A stretch of 64,000 nucleotides of DNA from Leucoraja ocellata (Eukaryota), in the NCBI GenBank assembly GCA_036785375.1, contig JAWMAR010000245.1, forward strand, positions 372,001-436,000. Reading direction: 5' to 3'. The position numbers were made by a program, and so were the translations under genes. Below are positions 63,516 to 64,000 of the stretch, in pieces. Numbering within the stretch: the stretch's first letter is position 1; each line of letters opens with the position of its first letter. The notes below the pieces were generated by a model. The model was given only the letters and a program-made list of their open reading frames with translations, was not told the origin of the DNA and searched no databases.

Positions 63516-63621
63516 GCTGATTAGTTTATTACCAAAGAACGAACAGTGAAAAGCTTTTTAGTTGCGTGCTATCCAGTCAGCCTAAGGATTATACTTTGTG
63601 TCAATATTAATAAATACAGTG

Positions 63622-63808
63622 TTTAAGAAGGAACTGCAGATGCTGGAAAATCGAAGGTACACAAAAATGCTGGAGAAACTCAGCGGGTGCAGCAGCATCT
63701 ATGGAGCGAAGGAAATAGGCAACGTTTCGTCCCGAAACGTTGCCTATTTCCTTCTCTCCATAGATGCTGCTGCACCCGCTGAGTTTCTCCAACATTTTTG
63801 TGTACCTT
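63622..63808. mobile_element. PLE-derived fold-back element
   Basis: Near-perfect arms (2 mismatches seen). TSD TTAATAAATACAGTG at 63607-63621 and 63808-63822. Confidence 0.9.
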
Positions 63809-64000
63809 TAATAAATACAGTGCTCTTCAAACAGTTACAATAAATTCAGTCAACGCTTCTTCTTGCGTATGGCATGCAAAGCCTAAAGTTGTAGGACAAC
63901 TTGTTCTATTTGATCTTATGTGGTGGTGAACGCTGAGTTGAATTCTTTTCATCGAAACAGGGCGCGGATTACGTAAAGGTTGCAATCTCCCACCCCATTC

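Overview
Vertebrate genomic DNA, most likely a cartilaginous fish (skate or ray; inferred from HE1-type V-SINEs and HER1/CR1-type LINE tails), with one 150-N assembly gap. Two protein-coding genes are supported. FBXL14 is intronless (minus strand, 28333-29535, 400 aa, CpG-island promoter). WNT5B is on the plus strand with four coding exons (47869-47948, 48775-49022, 53053-53345, 56542-57000; 359 aa). This is the divergent FBXL14-WNT5B arrangement known from the human locus. The rest is largely transposon-derived: CR1, L2, Rex1 and L1-like LINE ends, V-SINEs, and hAT and PIF/Harbinger MITEs. The most notable feature is about 25 short elements derived from the 3' terminal repeat of a Penelope-like element (PLE); GIY-YIG remnants lie at 40.4-40.7 kb and 44.2-44.5 kb. 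They carry a minimal hammerhead-ribozyme motif (CTGAAGA-A-GGGTYTCGRCCC-GAAACGTY). Many are inserted as asymmetric fold-back palindromes centred on the ribozyme, with 13-17 bp target-site duplications. One perfect 153-bp palindrome ends 64 nt before the last WNT5B exon. All calls were made by eye; no database search or folding computation was run.
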